From Alphaproteobacteria bacterium (GTDB lineage Bacteria; Pseudomonadota; Alphaproteobacteria; Rhizobiales; JAKIUO01), in the NCBI GenBank assembly GCA_024279115.1, contig JAJRRW010000121.1, positions 7,614 through 71,613 on the forward strand: DNA of 64,000 bases, in the 5' to 3' direction. Under the pieces are notes generated by a model. The model saw only the letters and a program-made list of their open reading frames with translations, searched no databases and was not told the DNA's origin. Position numbers and translations under genes: made by a program. Below, in pieces: positions 38,919 through 49,857 of this stretch (position 1 is its first letter; every line of letters starts with the position of its first letter).

Positions 38919-41243
38919 TTATTTACCAGCGACCAGATCGCTCACATCAGTCGAGGTTGCTGCCCCACCCAAATGCTTGAATTCGAACCTGAAGGAAATC
39001 GTCGTATCTGAATCGACCGCCCCGTCAATAGGAGTGGTATGATCATAATTGATGCCGAACAAGAAGCACTCGTCAGCATAGGTCAATCCGGCGCCGTGAC
39101 GGTCCACTTCAGTTTCTTTGATATCGTAACGGATATTTCCCGTCAACGACCAGAACTGGCTAAGCTTGATGCCCGCTTGACCCGAAAATTCTTCGCCAAT
39201 CAAATTATTGATATCGGCTTCATCGAGGCCAAGTTTGGGGGCTTGCTTGACATAGTTGACGCTTGCAGAGAACGGCCCATAACTCATCCAGGAATGAATA
39301 TCAGTGCGCCGGAGATCAAAGTTATTCTCATCGAAACGCGCCTGAGCTATGAGACCAAAATGCGAAGAGGGCTCAAAATAGAAGCCAGCAACATAATCTG
39401 AGCGAGTGGTATCAAGACCGCTGGCCTCTGCTTCCTGGAAAGGGTTGGCACCATTTAGCTGATAGCTTTGTCCAAATACCGTACGAACATTGCCGCCGTC
39501 AGGAAGATTAACCGTGTAGCGCACACCTACATTGGCTCTGGTTCCTGTTTCAAGGCGGTCATATCCCGAAAACTTATTGCTATTGAACAAGAGGGTATCG
39601 TCAAAAACGAGGCTTTGCGCGTCCTCATTTGGCAATCTGTTCTGCAATTTCTTATTGTCTGGGCGATAGATAATCTGCCCGATCGGTTCAACAATATGCG
39701 TACTGCGTCCCAAATTGGCGATGAACGGATAACGGTATTCAAGGCCAGCCAGAGCTGTTCCCCTGGTCTCGGAGCGATCCGTATTGCCATTATCCGTATC
39801 GGTATATTGATAGACATCACCGCGCGCCTGCGCAAAAGGCGTGAATATCTGCCCCATACGGTCGACCAGCTCTCTGCGCCAGCCTAGCTCAGCACTCACC
39901 CGGTTCGAATTGACACCAACTTTGCGCCAGCCACTAGGCTCAACAAGCGCATCATCTCGTGAAAGCGACGCCGCATTGGCATTGAAGCTAAGCTCGCCTC
40001 CCAGAACGGGGCTATTGAGGATGTAATTATAATCAACAACAGGATGCACCCAGGAATTGGAATTGGTATCATCATCCACCACCAAACCACCGAAATAATA
40101 GGAGCGAACAGAAAAGTAATTCCGTTCGCTTTGCCCTGTCAGATAGACTTGAGATACGCGATCCGTGGCTTTTACATCATCAAGTTTGTAAAAGCGCCGA
40201 AACTGATCATCTGTTTCCATAGTGGCGTCCCAGCCAAAATTCCAGAAACTGCCGAGTTTAAAATTGCCTTTGGAGACAATACTGCCTCTGAATTTCCGAT
40301 CGCCGGGAGTATCGAAATCCGGGGTGCCATCATAAGCACCGGAAAGTTTGATATTGTAGGAGCCATTGGCCAGTCGATGACGCCATTCACCCTTCAGCAT
40401 CTGGCCGGCTTTGGTCGTCGTGACCGGCGTGACGGTCATATCGTAATTTTGCGCCAACGCGATAAAATAGGGGGTCTCAACAATATAGCCCAGATCGCCT
40501 GAATAGGAGGCACTCGGGGTCAAAAAGCCGGATTGCCGTTTCTTGCTGGGATCCGCGTGCTTGAAGTAAGGCACATAAGCGATCGGCACACCAAAAAATT
40601 CGAACGCGGCATTTTCATATTCGATGGTCTTGGCATTTTTATTGTGAATAACCCGCTCGGCCTTAATCCGCCAGATCGGCGCTTTGTCGGGATGTTTTTC
40701 GCAGGTTTTACAAGGAGTAAACGTTCCATTCTCAAAGATCGTCGTATTACCGGCAACGCGCTTTGCCCGATCCGCAGTAATGGTTGCATCTTCGCTGGTC
40801 CGGATTTTCAAGGACTTGATAAAACCTTCGCGAAAATCATCTGTGAGGCGGATCCGGTCGGCCTTGACGATGGCACCACCAGGTTCCTTGATCCTGACAT
40901 TGCCTTCGGCAATCAGTACATTTTGATTGCGGTCATAGACGATCTCATCAGCAAGAAGCGTGTGCTTGTTATAGAAAACTTCCACATTGCCTTTGGCGCG
41001 CACCTTGTTGTTCTTATTGTCATAGATAAGCTCGTCCGCCTGCAAAAGCATGGGAGCATCTGGATTGGAGTTCAAGGAGGGATCAAGCAGTGGATTTTGT
41101 TGTGCGTGAGCAGGCGCCGCTGCCAGCGCAACGACGGCAAAATAACCAATGGCAAGGCACAAGCGTGCAATCATCCGCATACGCGAAAACACTCCTCCGA
41201 CCTTGTGACCAGTTGCGGCCCGGTTGGTAATCTGCAAATTCAT
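38919..41243 (-). CDS. lptD: LPS-assembly outer-membrane protein LptD
   Basis: 774 aa. Signal peptide, N-terminal OstA-like region (LLQADELIYDNKNN...) and a beta-barrel-like C-terminus. Lies next to lptFG and surA. Confidence 0.88.
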   Translation of the reverse strand: MNLQITNRAATGHKVGGVFSRMRMIARLCLAIGYFAVVALAAAPAHAQQNPLLDPSLNSNPDAPMLLQADELIYDNKNNKVRAKGNVEVFYNKHTLLADEIVYDRNQNVLIAEGNVRIKEPGGAIVKADRIRLTDDFREGFIKSLKIRTSEDATITADRAKRVAGNTTIFENGTFTPCKTCEKHPDKAPIWRIKAERVIHNKNAKTIEYENAAFEFFGVPIAYVPYFKHADPSKKRQSGFLTPSASYSGDLGYIVETPYFIALAQNYDMTVTPVTTTKAGQMLKGEWRHRLANGSYNIKLSGAYDGTPDFDTPGDRKFRGSIVSKGNFKLGSFWNFGWDATMETDDQFRRFYKLDDVKATDRVSQVYLTGQSERNYFSVRSYYFGGLVVDDDTNSNSWVHPVVDYNYILNSPVLGGELSFNANAASLSRDDALVEPSGWRKVGVNSNRVSAELGWRRELVDRMGQIFTPFAQARGDVYQYTDTDNGNTDRSETRGTALAGLEYRYPFIANLGRSTHIVEPIGQIIYRPDNKKLQNRLPNEDAQSLVFDDTLLFNSNKFSGYDRLETGTRANVGVRYTVNLPDGGNVRTVFGQSYQLNGANPFQEAEASGLDTTRSDYVAGFYFEPSSHFGLIAQARFDENNFDLRRTDIHSWMSYGPFSASVNYVKQAPKLGLDEADINNLIGEEFSGQAGIKLSQFWSLTGNIRYDIKETEVDRHGAGLTYADECFLFGINYDHTTPIDGAVDSDTTISFRFEFKHLGGAATSTDVSDLVAGK

Positions 41244-41261
41244 CGAAATGCCCCACGCATT

Positions 41262-42341
41262 CTAACCATCTTCTTGATGTATTAGTACGCTTGCCGCGAT
41301 CAAACATGCAATAGTGGCAGGCCCCCAGGCCGCAAGTATTGCCGAAGTGTGTCCTGATAGCCCCATATTCCTCGACATTTGGGCGAAAACGAAGAAAATA
41401 AACCCTGAAGCCAGTCCAAAGAATATCTTCTTTTGCACATTTCCGAATCGGAAAGATTGCAAGGAGCACGTGGCTGCGAGCAAAACCATGGCAATCATCC
41501 ACAGTGGACGAGACAATAATGTCTGATATTGCAGTCGAAACTGACTGGCGGGAAGTCCGGCTTTTTCAGCGATTTCTATGAATCTGGGAAGATCCCAGAA
41601 GGAAATGTTTTCGGCGGTACCGATCGAATCCTCAATCTGTGTGCGGGTCAGGTAGGTGCCGACAAGATATTTCTTGAAATGTCTGGTTTTTTGATTTGCG
41701 GCCGACACTCTTGCACCGCTCAAAACCCAGCGCCCATCCTTAAGCACAGCGGTTTTTGCATCAATGCGCTCCTTGAACAGTTTCAGATTATCATACTCGA
41801 AAAAAGTCACATCCGTCAGTAGCGCCCCTTGTTGGGACACATGCTGAGCGGTTAAAATCGACTGTCCATCCGGCCCGTCCTGGCGCAACCAAGCGACGGT
41901 CGTGGTTGAAAGCAAGCCTCTGTTATCGCGACTAAGTTCTGCTTGTAGCACTTCAGAATAGGCCCGCATTTTTGCGGCCATTGGATTGTAAGCGATCGAC
42001 GCAAACACGCCAATCAGAACCCCTGCGAGCACGGCGGGGCGGGTAAACTGCCAAACGCTCATTCCTGATGAGCGGGCGATGATCAGTTCAGAACTTTTTG
42101 AGAGCATTAAAAACGCCCCGATACTTCCGATCAGAACGGCAAATGGCAAGGACAGTTCGGCGAAAGACGGCACCCGCAACATGGAGATGAGCATGGCATC
42201 AATCAACGTTCCGCCCTTTTTCAGCACCTTGCGCATCATCTCAATCAGGTCGATCAGAAATATCAGTCCCAGGCAGAGGAAAAATACCGCCAAAATGGCC
42301 GACACGAACTTGCGAAAAATGTAGCGCGATAGTGTATTCAC
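41262..42341 (-). CDS. lptG: LPS export ABC permease LptG
   Basis: 359-aa YjgP/YjgQ-type permease with six TM segments and a central periplasmic domain. Its start overlaps the lptF stop. Confidence 0.85.
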   Translation of the reverse strand: MNTLSRYIFRKFVSAILAVFFLCLGLIFLIDLIEMMRKVLKKGGTLIDAMLISMLRVPSFAELSLPFAVLIGSIGAFLMLSKSSELIIARSSGMSVWQFTRPAVLAGVLIGVFASIAYNPMAAKMRAYSEVLQAELSRDNRGLLSTTTVAWLRQDGPDGQSILTAQHVSQQGALLTDVTFFEYDNLKLFKERIDAKTAVLKDGRWVLSGARVSAANQKTRHFKKYLVGTYLTRTQIEDSIGTAENISFWDLPRFIEIAEKAGLPASQFRLQYQTLLSRPLWMIAMVLLAATCSLQSFRFGNVQKKIFFGLASGFIFFVFAQMSRNMGLSGHTSAILAAWGPATIACLIAASVLIHQEDG

Positions 42342-43489
42342 GATGGCGACCCTTGATGAGAAGTGTCACTTTCCCCCCGTTTTTTACCCTTAAAACCAAG
42401 CCCAGTTCCACGGGTTTGAATAAAGTAGGCCGCCAGAAGTATCCCTCCCAGGGGAATACCATAAACAAGCACGATGGCGGCTTCATTTTTGACCAGCAAG
42501 TTGACGGATAACAACCCTCCAAGCCGGGCTCCCGCTGCCAATCCAAACGCTGTTACAATGCTGATCACCCGGTCCTCTCGTGTGGTGCGAGGAAAACCCA
42601 GCATCGCAAGGGAGATGAGCACAAAAAGAATGGGATAAAGAGGATTCGACAAACGGTCATGCAGCTCCGCTCTGAATGTCCCGGGTCGTTTTTTGTAGCG
42701 ATAATTGTCGGGCGACGGGGAATATAGCTCTCCGATATAGCTCTCATAGGTCTTGTAATGGATCTTGTTGCCCTTGCCCTCTTCAAAACGAGACAAATCG
42801 AAAATATACTGATCAAAGGCGATCACCTGCACATCGGGGCTCTTGGATGTACGTCGATGAATATGCCCGTCATACATCACCATATAGGCGTTCTTGTCTC
42901 GTTTTATCAGCCGTGATCGGTTCGCCATATATGACATGATCTGATTGTCATCCCTTGAATCATGCAAGATAAAGCCAAGAATATCACCATTGTCTTCTCG
43001 TGCCCGAATATGGAATGTGAGACCTTTGGTGGGGGTTGTGAAACGCCCGGGCTGCAAGACGTGAGCAATCAAGTCGGTACGGACCGTGATGATGTAGCTG
43101 CGTAATTCCCTCTGCGCCGTCGGCTGGACATAGGCATTATTCGCGAAAATCAGCAACATAACGATCAATCCCAGAAGCAACATGGGGGAGGCAAATTTCC
43201 AGCGCCCGGCACCCGACGCTGCCATGACGATGATCTCGCTGTCACCGCTCAGCTTGTTGAGATTATGGATGCAGGCAATCAGCAGCGCCATGGGCATGAC
43301 AATGCCGATAATCTGCGGCATGGCCAACATTGTCATTTTGAGAAAAACACCCAGTGTCTGCCCGTCACTGGTCATTAGCTTGAGATCTTTAAGCGCCACA
43401 GAGACCCAAATAATGACCATGAGCGTCGCCAGGATCATCACAACGGCACCACCGGTCTGGCGAAATACATATCGGCTATAGACGCCCAT
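42338..43489 (-). CDS. lptF: LPS export ABC permease LptF
   Basis: YjgP/YjgQ-type permease. The start is placed at MGVYSRYVFRQ. The ORF is open up to 43567. Confidence 0.85.
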   Translation of the reverse strand: MGVYSRYVFRQTGGAVVMILATLMVIIWVSVALKDLKLMTSDGQTLGVFLKMTMLAMPQIIGIVMPMALLIACIHNLNKLSGDSEIIVMAASGAGRWKFASPMLLLGLIVMLLIFANNAYVQPTAQRELRSYIITVRTDLIAHVLQPGRFTTPTKGLTFHIRAREDNGDILGFILHDSRDDNQIMSYMANRSRLIKRDKNAYMVMYDGHIHRRTSKSPDVQVIAFDQYIFDLSRFEEGKGNKIHYKTYESYIGELYSPSPDNYRYKKRPGTFRAELHDRLSNPLYPILFVLISLAMLGFPRTTREDRVISIVTAFGLAAGARLGGLLSVNLLVKNEAAIVLVYGIPLGGILLAAYFIQTRGTGLGFKGKKRGESDTSHQGSPS

Positions 43490-43786
43490 CAAAAAACCTT
43501 TTGCATTGCAAAACAGAGCAGAATCGCGCTCACGCCAAAGTTTACGAACACCGGCAAAACTGATCAAGCCAAGAGTTCATTATACAGCCAACAACACGAC
43601 AAATTGTTGGAAATGGGACAAAACTGCTTATTTCAACTTGCAACCCGGTTACAAAGCATTAGGCTGACAGCCAATCTGAATTTACAACTCTTCTAATTTA
43701 GACGCAAAAACGCTATCAATGTCAAACAATGACCGGCGCCTCACCTGAAAGGCGCGTATCCCGCATAACACAAAACTGGAGCAAGT

Positions 43787-45292
43787 ATGGAAACACAAAT
43801 CGCCGTTGAGTTCCTCGATCAAAAGATCCCCGAAACCGGAACCCTCGTCCTGCTGGCTGCCGGCAAGAAAAATTGGGGCGCCAGCTTAAAGAAACTCGAT
43901 AAGCAAAGCGGCGGGCAGATCAGCAACGCTGTTGCGGCGTCCTCCTTTGAGGGAACAAAAAGTGACACCATCGAAATCATGGCACCTGCGAACCTCACTT
44001 TGTCTCGATTGATTATTGTTGGACTGGGCGAGGAAAGCCTTGAGGAGGCCGCCAATTGGATGAAGGTAGGTGGGCGCATTTGCGGGCTTGTCAAAAGCGA
44101 TCCCACGGGCCTGGTGAGCGTGCTTGTTGAGAATATGGGCAAAGATTTTGCTGTTACGCCCGACGATATTGCCGCTATCGCGACCGGGTTCTTGATGAAG
44201 CGCTATGAGTTCAAATTATACAAAACCAAGGGCAAAAGCGTCGACAAGAAAGGCCGGATCAAAACCCTCGCTCTGGCATGCCATGAACCCAAGAAAGTCA
44301 CCAAGGCCTATCGATCACTGGATGCCTTGCGATCCGGTGTTTTCATGGCCCGTGATCTGGTCAATGAGCCTGGCAATATATTGGGACCAGTCGAATTTGC
44401 TTTGCGGGTCAGAGAACTCGAAGAGCTGGGAGTGAAGGTGACAATCCTTGATGAAACCGAAATGGCCGTCAAAGGTATGAATGCCTTGTTGGCGGTCGGA
44501 CAAGGGTCGGAGCGCGAATCGCGTCTGGCAATCATGCAATGGAGCGGTTCAGAAAAACCCAAAGACAAACCTTTGGCCATCGTTGGCAAGGGCGTGACCT
44601 TCGACACTGGCGGTATATCCATCAAACCAGCTGGCGGCATGGAAGACATGAAGGGCGACATGGGTGGCGCTGCTTGCGTCACAGGACTGATGCAAACGCT
44701 GGCACTCCGCAAGGCCAAAGCCAATGTCATTGGGGTCATTGGTCTCACGGAAAATATGCCAGATGGCAAAGCGCAACGACCCGGCGATGTGGTGACAAGC
44801 ATGTCAGGGCAGACAATCGAGGTCATCAACACGGATGCCGAGGGTCGGCTTGTGCTGGCGGATGCGCTGACCTTTACAATCGACACCTACAAGCCAAGGC
44901 TGGTGATCGACCTGGCAACACTCACGGGAGCCATTCTTGTCGCGCTAGGCAAGGAATATGCTGGCTTGTTTTCCAATAATGACCGACTGGCGGGCCGTCT
45001 TGTCAAGGCAGGTCAAAAAAGCGGTGAGAAACTATGGCGTATGCCGCTTGGCAAAAAATATGACAAATTGATCGATTCCCAGATTGCCGATATGAAAAAC
45101 ACCGGTGGGCGACTGGCGGGCTCAACCACGGCGGCTCAATTCCTGCAACGCTATGTGGGCGAGACGCCATGGGCGCATCTGGATATTGCCGGCACAGCAA
45201 TGGGATCACCAAAGAGCGATATTAACTCAAGCTGGGGCTCAGGCTTTGGCGTACAACTGCTCAATGAGTTCATCGCTCAAAACTACGAATAG
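43787..45292 (+). CDS. pepA: Leucyl aminopeptidase (M17)
   Basis: VGKGVTFDTGGISIKP and NTDAEGRLVLADAL signatures. Confidence 0.92.
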   Translation: METQIAVEFLDQKIPETGTLVLLAAGKKNWGASLKKLDKQSGGQISNAVAASSFEGTKSDTIEIMAPANLTLSRLIIVGLGEESLEEAANWMKVGGRICGLVKSDPTGLVSVLVENMGKDFAVTPDDIAAIATGFLMKRYEFKLYKTKGKSVDKKGRIKTLALACHEPKKVTKAYRSLDALRSGVFMARDLVNEPGNILGPVEFALRVRELEELGVKVTILDETEMAVKGMNALLAVGQGSERESRLAIMQWSGSEKPKDKPLAIVGKGVTFDTGGISIKPAGGMEDMKGDMGGAACVTGLMQTLALRKAKANVIGVIGLTENMPDGKAQRPGDVVTSMSGQTIEVINTDAEGRLVLADALTFTIDTYKPRLVIDLATLTGAILVALGKEYAGLFSNNDRLAGRLVKAGQKSGEKLWRMPLGKKYDKLIDSQIADMKNTGGRLAGSTTAAQFLQRYVGETPWAHLDIAGTAMGSPKSDINSSWGSGFGVQLLNEFIAQNYE

Positions 45293-45394
45293 TCCTGGAC
45301 TAGCAGATGATTCGCTTTACATAATATCTCTTATGCGAATGGGGTGTATCCTACTATCTAGTTGTTTTATTTGATTATAATAGATTATCACCCG

Positions 45395-45424
45395 ATGGCC
45401 TTCCATATATGAAGGTCATTTTTG
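45395..45424 (+). terminator. Candidate rho-independent terminator after pepA
   Basis: ATGGCCTTC-CATATAT-GAAGGTCAT forms a 9-bp stem with one G-U pair, followed by TTTTTG. It directly abuts the mazG start region. Confidence 0.5.
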
Positions 45425-45440
45425 ATTGGAGAGCATTGCT

Positions 45441-46262
45441 TTGTCGCCCCCTAATATCACTAAGCTTCTCGACATCATGGACGCGCTGCGCACGCCTGAC
45501 ACCGGCTGTCCCTGGGATCTTGAACAAAGCTTCAAATCCATTGTTCCCTATACTCTGGAAGAAGCCTATGAGGTGGCCGAGAGCATCGAAAAGGATGATA
45601 TGCTCGGTCTGAAATCTGAACTGGGTGACCTGCTTTTTCAGGTCGTGTTTTACGCTCGTCTTGCGCAAGAACAACAGCTGTTCGACTTTGCCGATGTCGT
45701 GGAGGCCATCAATGAGAAAATGATCCGCCTCCACCCCCATGTCTTTGGAGATCAAAAAACCGCCCTCTCCAATGAGGAAATCGAGGGACAATGGGAGCGC
45801 ATCAAAGCCAGTGAAACGGCAGATGATCAGACCTCAAGCACCAATCAGCCAACCAGTATCCTGGACGGTGTGCCCATCAACCTGCCAGCGTTAAGCCGTG
45901 CAATCAAATTGCAGAACAAGGCTGCTCGCGTCGGCTTTGACTGGCCCTCTCTGGCCCCTGTATTCGATAAAATGCGTGAGGAGATTGGCGAACTCGAACG
46001 CGAACTGGTCGACCAGGAACAGCCCCTCGACATAGATCGCATTGAGGATGAGTTTGGCGATGTCTTGTTCGTCATTGCCAATGTTGGACGCCATTTAAAA
46101 CTCGACCCCGAGCAGGCCCTGCGCCGTGCCAACAACAAATTCACAAACCGCTTCCAGGTGATTGAAGAGCTTTTGCAAAGGGCTGGAAAAACACTGCAAA
46201 ATTCAAGTCTTGAAGAGATGGAACAGTTCTGGCAGGTCGCCAAAAAGCGTGAAAAAAATTAG
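45441..46262 (+). CDS. mazG: Nucleoside triphosphate pyrophosphohydrolase MazG
   Basis: LR.PDTGCPWDLEQ..S...YTLEEAYEV and second-domain EEIGELE/EFGDVLF motifs. TTG 45441 follows a GGAGAG sequence. The ORF is open from 45426. Confidence 0.85.
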   Translation: MSPPNITKLLDIMDALRTPDTGCPWDLEQSFKSIVPYTLEEAYEVAESIEKDDMLGLKSELGDLLFQVVFYARLAQEQQLFDFADVVEAINEKMIRLHPHVFGDQKTALSNEEIEGQWERIKASETADDQTSSTNQPTSILDGVPINLPALSRAIKLQNKAARVGFDWPSLAPVFDKMREEIGELERELVDQEQPLDIDRIEDEFGDVLFVIANVGRHLKLDPEQALRRANNKFTNRFQVIEELLQRAGKTLQNSSLEEMEQFWQVAKKREKN

Positions 46263-46275
46263 CCTGCGAAGCGAC

Positions 46276-47610
46276 TCAAATGCTCAATTTCGTCCGCGAT
46301 CCCTGTAGCTTATTGTTCAGCTGTCCCACACTTTGTTGCGACACCCGAACAACCAGATCACTAAAACCGCTCTCATGATCGACCTTTCTGGAGACCACCT
46401 GCGTATGCTCGATGATCCAATGCAGCAAGGCACCGTCTTCGGGGGCTACGCTTAAGCGAAGCTCTTTAAAGGATTGAGGTAGTTTACGTTCGATCAGGGC
46501 CAGCATATCGTCCAGACCATCACCCGACAGTGCAGATATAACCGCTGTTTGATCGCAGTTTTGCGCAGCTTCATTGAGACAGGCCGTTTTGCTCGGCTCA
46601 TCCAGAAGATCGACCTTGTTCCATACTTCGATAAGGGACGTGTCTTGGCTTCGTGCATCAATACCAAGCTCCCCAAGAACATCGATCACATCATTTCTTT
46701 GCGCTTCGCTATCTTGATGGGAAATATCACGTACATGCAACAGCACATCGGCCTCAAGGACCTCTTCAAGCGTCGCTCGAAAAGCTGCCACCAGTGTTGT
46801 TGGCAGGTCCGATATGAAGCCTACCGTATCCGATAAAATCACCTTGCCAAAGCTTGGTAATTTCACCTCTCGCATGGTTGGGTCAAGCGTCGCAAACAAC
46901 ATATCCTCCGCCATCACATCGGCCCCGGTGAGATGGTTGAACAAAGTAGACTTTCCGGCATTCGTATAGCCCACCAGCGCTACAATGGGATACGGTACCA
47001 TTTTACGTGCTTTGCGGTGCAGCTCACGGGTCTTTTTAATCTTGTTGATTTCACGTACGATTTTATCAATACGATTGCGAATTTGCCGCCGATCCGACTC
47101 GATCTGGGTTTCACCAGGGCCGCCCAGAAAGCCAAAGCCACCTCTTTGCCGCTCCAAATGTGTCCAGGAGCGTACCAAGCGGCTTTTCTGGTATTCGAGA
47201 TGAGCAAATTCGACCTGTAAACGCCCTTCCTTGGTCCGCGCCCGTTCGCCAAATATTTCTAAAATCAGCCCGGTGCGATCAAGTACTTTCAGATCCCATT
47301 TTTTTTCAAGATTTCGCTGCTGAACAGGGGTCAGGATGTGATCAACAATGACGAGCTCAATATCCTGACTATCGATAATCACCTGCAGTTCGCTGATTTT
47401 TCCTTCCCCGAACAATGTGGCTGGTCGCGGGGTTTTAAGCGTGATGATTTCGCTGTGGCAGATTTCGAGAGAAATCGCATGAGCCAGACCAATCGCCTCT
47501 TCAAGTCTGGCAGATGGTGAGGGTTTCTGGACCGATGCAATGACGTCCTTGCGGTTGTCTGACGGGTGTTTGGTTTTGGCTTGATATGGTATGACAGGTG
47601 CCAATACCAT
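46276..47610 (-). CDS. hflX: GTPase HflX
   Basis: GGPGETQIE, G1 motif GYTNAGKST, and DTVGF. Confidence 0.92.
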   Translation of the reverse strand: MVLAPVIPYQAKTKHPSDNRKDVIASVQKPSPSARLEEAIGLAHAISLEICHSEIITLKTPRPATLFGEGKISELQVIIDSQDIELVIVDHILTPVQQRNLEKKWDLKVLDRTGLILEIFGERARTKEGRLQVEFAHLEYQKSRLVRSWTHLERQRGGFGFLGGPGETQIESDRRQIRNRIDKIVREINKIKKTRELHRKARKMVPYPIVALVGYTNAGKSTLFNHLTGADVMAEDMLFATLDPTMREVKLPSFGKVILSDTVGFISDLPTTLVAAFRATLEEVLEADVLLHVRDISHQDSEAQRNDVIDVLGELGIDARSQDTSLIEVWNKVDLLDEPSKTACLNEAAQNCDQTAVISALSGDGLDDMLALIERKLPQSFKELRLSVAPEDGALLHWIIEHTQVVSRKVDHESGFSDLVVRVSQQSVGQLNNKLQGSRTKLSI

Positions 47611-47675
47611 TGCAGCTATTTGATCATTGGTTCCTATGGCATTGTACCTTGTAGTGTTGAATTAATGAGAAATTT

Positions 47676-47930
47676 CTACTCACCCTCGTCGTCGTTTTCC
47701 ATTTTGTCAAACAGCTGTATCTGTTGGCCAGGCATGATAGTGGAGATAGCATGCTTATATACCAGTTGTGACTGACCATCCCTACGTAACAAGACACAAA
47801 AGCTGTCAAACCAGGTAACAACTCCTTGTAGCTTGATGCCGTTAACCAGGAAGATTGTAACCGGTGTCTTTTGCTTGCGTATATGATTGAGGAAGGTGTC
47901 TTGTAAATTTTTTGTTCGGTCGGTTGCCAT
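47676..47930 (-). CDS. hfq: RNA chaperone Hfq
   Basis: Sm motifs LQDTFLN..RK...[37 protein letters not shown]. Confidence 0.95.
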   Translation of the reverse strand: MATDRTKNLQDTFLNHIRKQKTPVTIFLVNGIKLQGVVTWFDSFCVLLRRDGQSQLVYKHAISTIMPGQQIQLFDKMENDDEGE

Positions 47931-48001
47931 TATTTATCCGTTCATGATCTTCATCTGCGCCCTAAACACGAATGTTTAAGTACATTATTAGTTATTTAGT
48001 C

Positions 48002-48030
48002 CAGTTCTTGAATACTGCAATCAAGAACTG
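48002..48030. repeat. Perfect 10-bp inverted repeat CAGTTCTTGA-N9-TCAAGAACTG upstream of hfq
   Basis: Read directly from the sequence. It lies 72-100 nt upstream of the hfq start codon in an AT-rich spacer. No U-run follows on either strand. Confidence 0.5.
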
Positions 48031-48080
48031 TCACATTAATATATAAAATACTTTTCCCGCACAACAATTTGTCCACGCAA

Positions 48081-48104
48081 CCAAAAGGAGACCGGAAGGC
48101 CTCC
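48081..48104 (-). terminator. Candidate rho-independent terminator between trkH and hfq
   Basis: The minus strand reads GGAGGCCTTCCGGTCTCC, a stem with one mismatch, followed by TTTTGGTTG. It lies about 250 nt downstream of the trkH stop. Confidence 0.5.
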
Positions 48105-48350
48105 GTAAGGTTACAAATGAATTTAATCGCGACTGCTCGCGCCAAAACATACTGTAAGCATAGGTAGATTTAGAACAATAACATTCATATGTCTAGATAT
48201 ATCACCCAGGATGTTGCGCTCAGTGCTGGTTGATATATTGCAAACGCTGCACGAACATTGGCGATTTAGCCCGATAGACACCATCTCCTTGTTCCAAGCG
48301 ATCAACAGCTTGAAGCCATTGCGACGAAGCCCCCCTGACATCTTGATCGC

Positions 48351-49817
48351 CTATTTTCGCCAAATTGCCAGATTAAGCAGCCCCAGAATAATCAGTGTTT
48401 CGACCCGCCCGACAATCATGGCAACGCATAAGAGTAACTGCGCTTGGTATCTCATCGAGGCAATCATGGGAAACGTGTCGGGGTCGGCCGGGCGAGCCAT
48501 TTCATAGGCTGGTCCAAAATTACTAAACGAGCTGACAGAGGCCATCAGCGCCGCATTGAGCGGAACGCCAAGATAGGATAAAATCAACGTCACAACGACC
48601 AGAAACAATATCGTTATGGAGAAGATACTCCAGATGGAGCGCCGGACAGTCTCATCACGATTTTTGTTGCCATAGAGCGTTGGATGTATGCCATGTGGAT
48701 AGAGCAGGTTTTGCAATTCTCGCATGGAAAGGTTTAGCATGGTAACCACCCTGCTGAATTTAAGTCCCCCTGCTGTTGAGTAGCGCCCACCGCCAATCAG
48801 CGCAATTACGAACAAGAGAAGATATGGCACAACGGCCTGGTCTGGATTGCCAAACAAAAGCCCCGTCGTGGTTATTAAGGAAGCCGCGCCTGCAAATCCC
48901 AGGGTCAGGCTGTGTATTATGGCCGAAAAGTCGGGAGATATTATTCTTGAAATACTGACCGCAGCAAGCGTGCCCCCCAAAACAAGGATGGTCAAACCAA
49001 TCCACAAAGGCTCATTGGTGCGCGCCAAAACATTTTTATTCCGCTCTACAAGGGCCTTGACCCAAATGACGCTAACAGCTCCAAGAAACATGAATATGGC
49101 CAGGGTCATCTCGGCCAGCGGGCTACCGTAGAGGGAAATTGACCCCTCGCGCGGCATGTATCCACCAGTCGACAGCGTCGACAAGGACAGGCAAACGGCA
49201 TCAAAAGACGGGATACCAAACAGCAGCAGCAGCAGGTAACAAAGAATGGTCAGACCAAGATATAACGGCAATATGGTCATGACCGTATTTTCAAGGTCCA
49301 TGGCCGTGCCGCTGTTGGAATGGATGATTGATCTCGTGTCACGTCCAAACAGTTCAACCCCCATGATTTTACCGATGATGAATGACAGCATCAACAATGT
49401 CGTCAAGCCCCCCAGCCATTGCAGCATGGAGCGCCATAAAATGATGGATTTGGGAATGTCCGAGAGGTTCTTGATCAGCGAGGAGCCGGTGGTCGTAAAC
49501 CCGGACACCGCCTCAACATAGGCGCCTGAAAAACTGTTGGACACGCCCGTCAGATAAAACGGCAAGCCAGCGCCAATCGGCAGCAAAAACCAGATGCCAA
49601 AAACGATCAGCATTTGCTGCTTGCGACCAATCGCCAGCTTCTCTTGATGAAGAGCAAATATCAAACCCCCAGCGAGGAAAAAAGGCGAAACCGACGAATT
49701 CATAAACGCCATGGCCTGCGCTTCTTCACCAATGGCCAGCGCGAAAAAGGCCGGAATCATCATCGACAGGGACAAGCCCCCCAGGCACCAACCCATAATA
49801 TATGTCGTGGCCAGCAT
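48351..49817 (-). CDS. trkH: TrkH-family potassium uptake membrane protein
   Basis: 488-aa polytopic protein with repeated pore-loop-like segments (TTTGS, STGG). Adjacent to trkA. Confidence 0.88.
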   Translation of the reverse strand: MLATTYIMGWCLGGLSLSMMIPAFFALAIGEEAQAMAFMNSSVSPFFLAGGLIFALHQEKLAIGRKQQMLIVFGIWFLLPIGAGLPFYLTGVSNSFSGAYVEAVSGFTTTGSSLIKNLSDIPKSIILWRSMLQWLGGLTTLLMLSFIIGKIMGVELFGRDTRSIIHSNSGTAMDLENTVMTILPLYLGLTILCYLLLLLFGIPSFDAVCLSLSTLSTGGYMPREGSISLYGSPLAEMTLAIFMFLGAVSVIWVKALVERNKNVLARTNEPLWIGLTILVLGGTLAAVSISRIISPDFSAIIHSLTLGFAGAASLITTTGLLFGNPDQAVVPYLLLFVIALIGGGRYSTAGGLKFSRVVTMLNLSMRELQNLLYPHGIHPTLYGNKNRDETVRRSIWSIFSITILFLVVVTLILSYLGVPLNAALMASVSSFSNFGPAYEMARPADPDTFPMIASMRYQAQLLLCVAMIVGRVETLIILGLLNLAIWRK

Positions 49818-49857
49818 GCTTTAGGGCCCTTCCGGCTCTCTCAAATGTGCGATCGCC

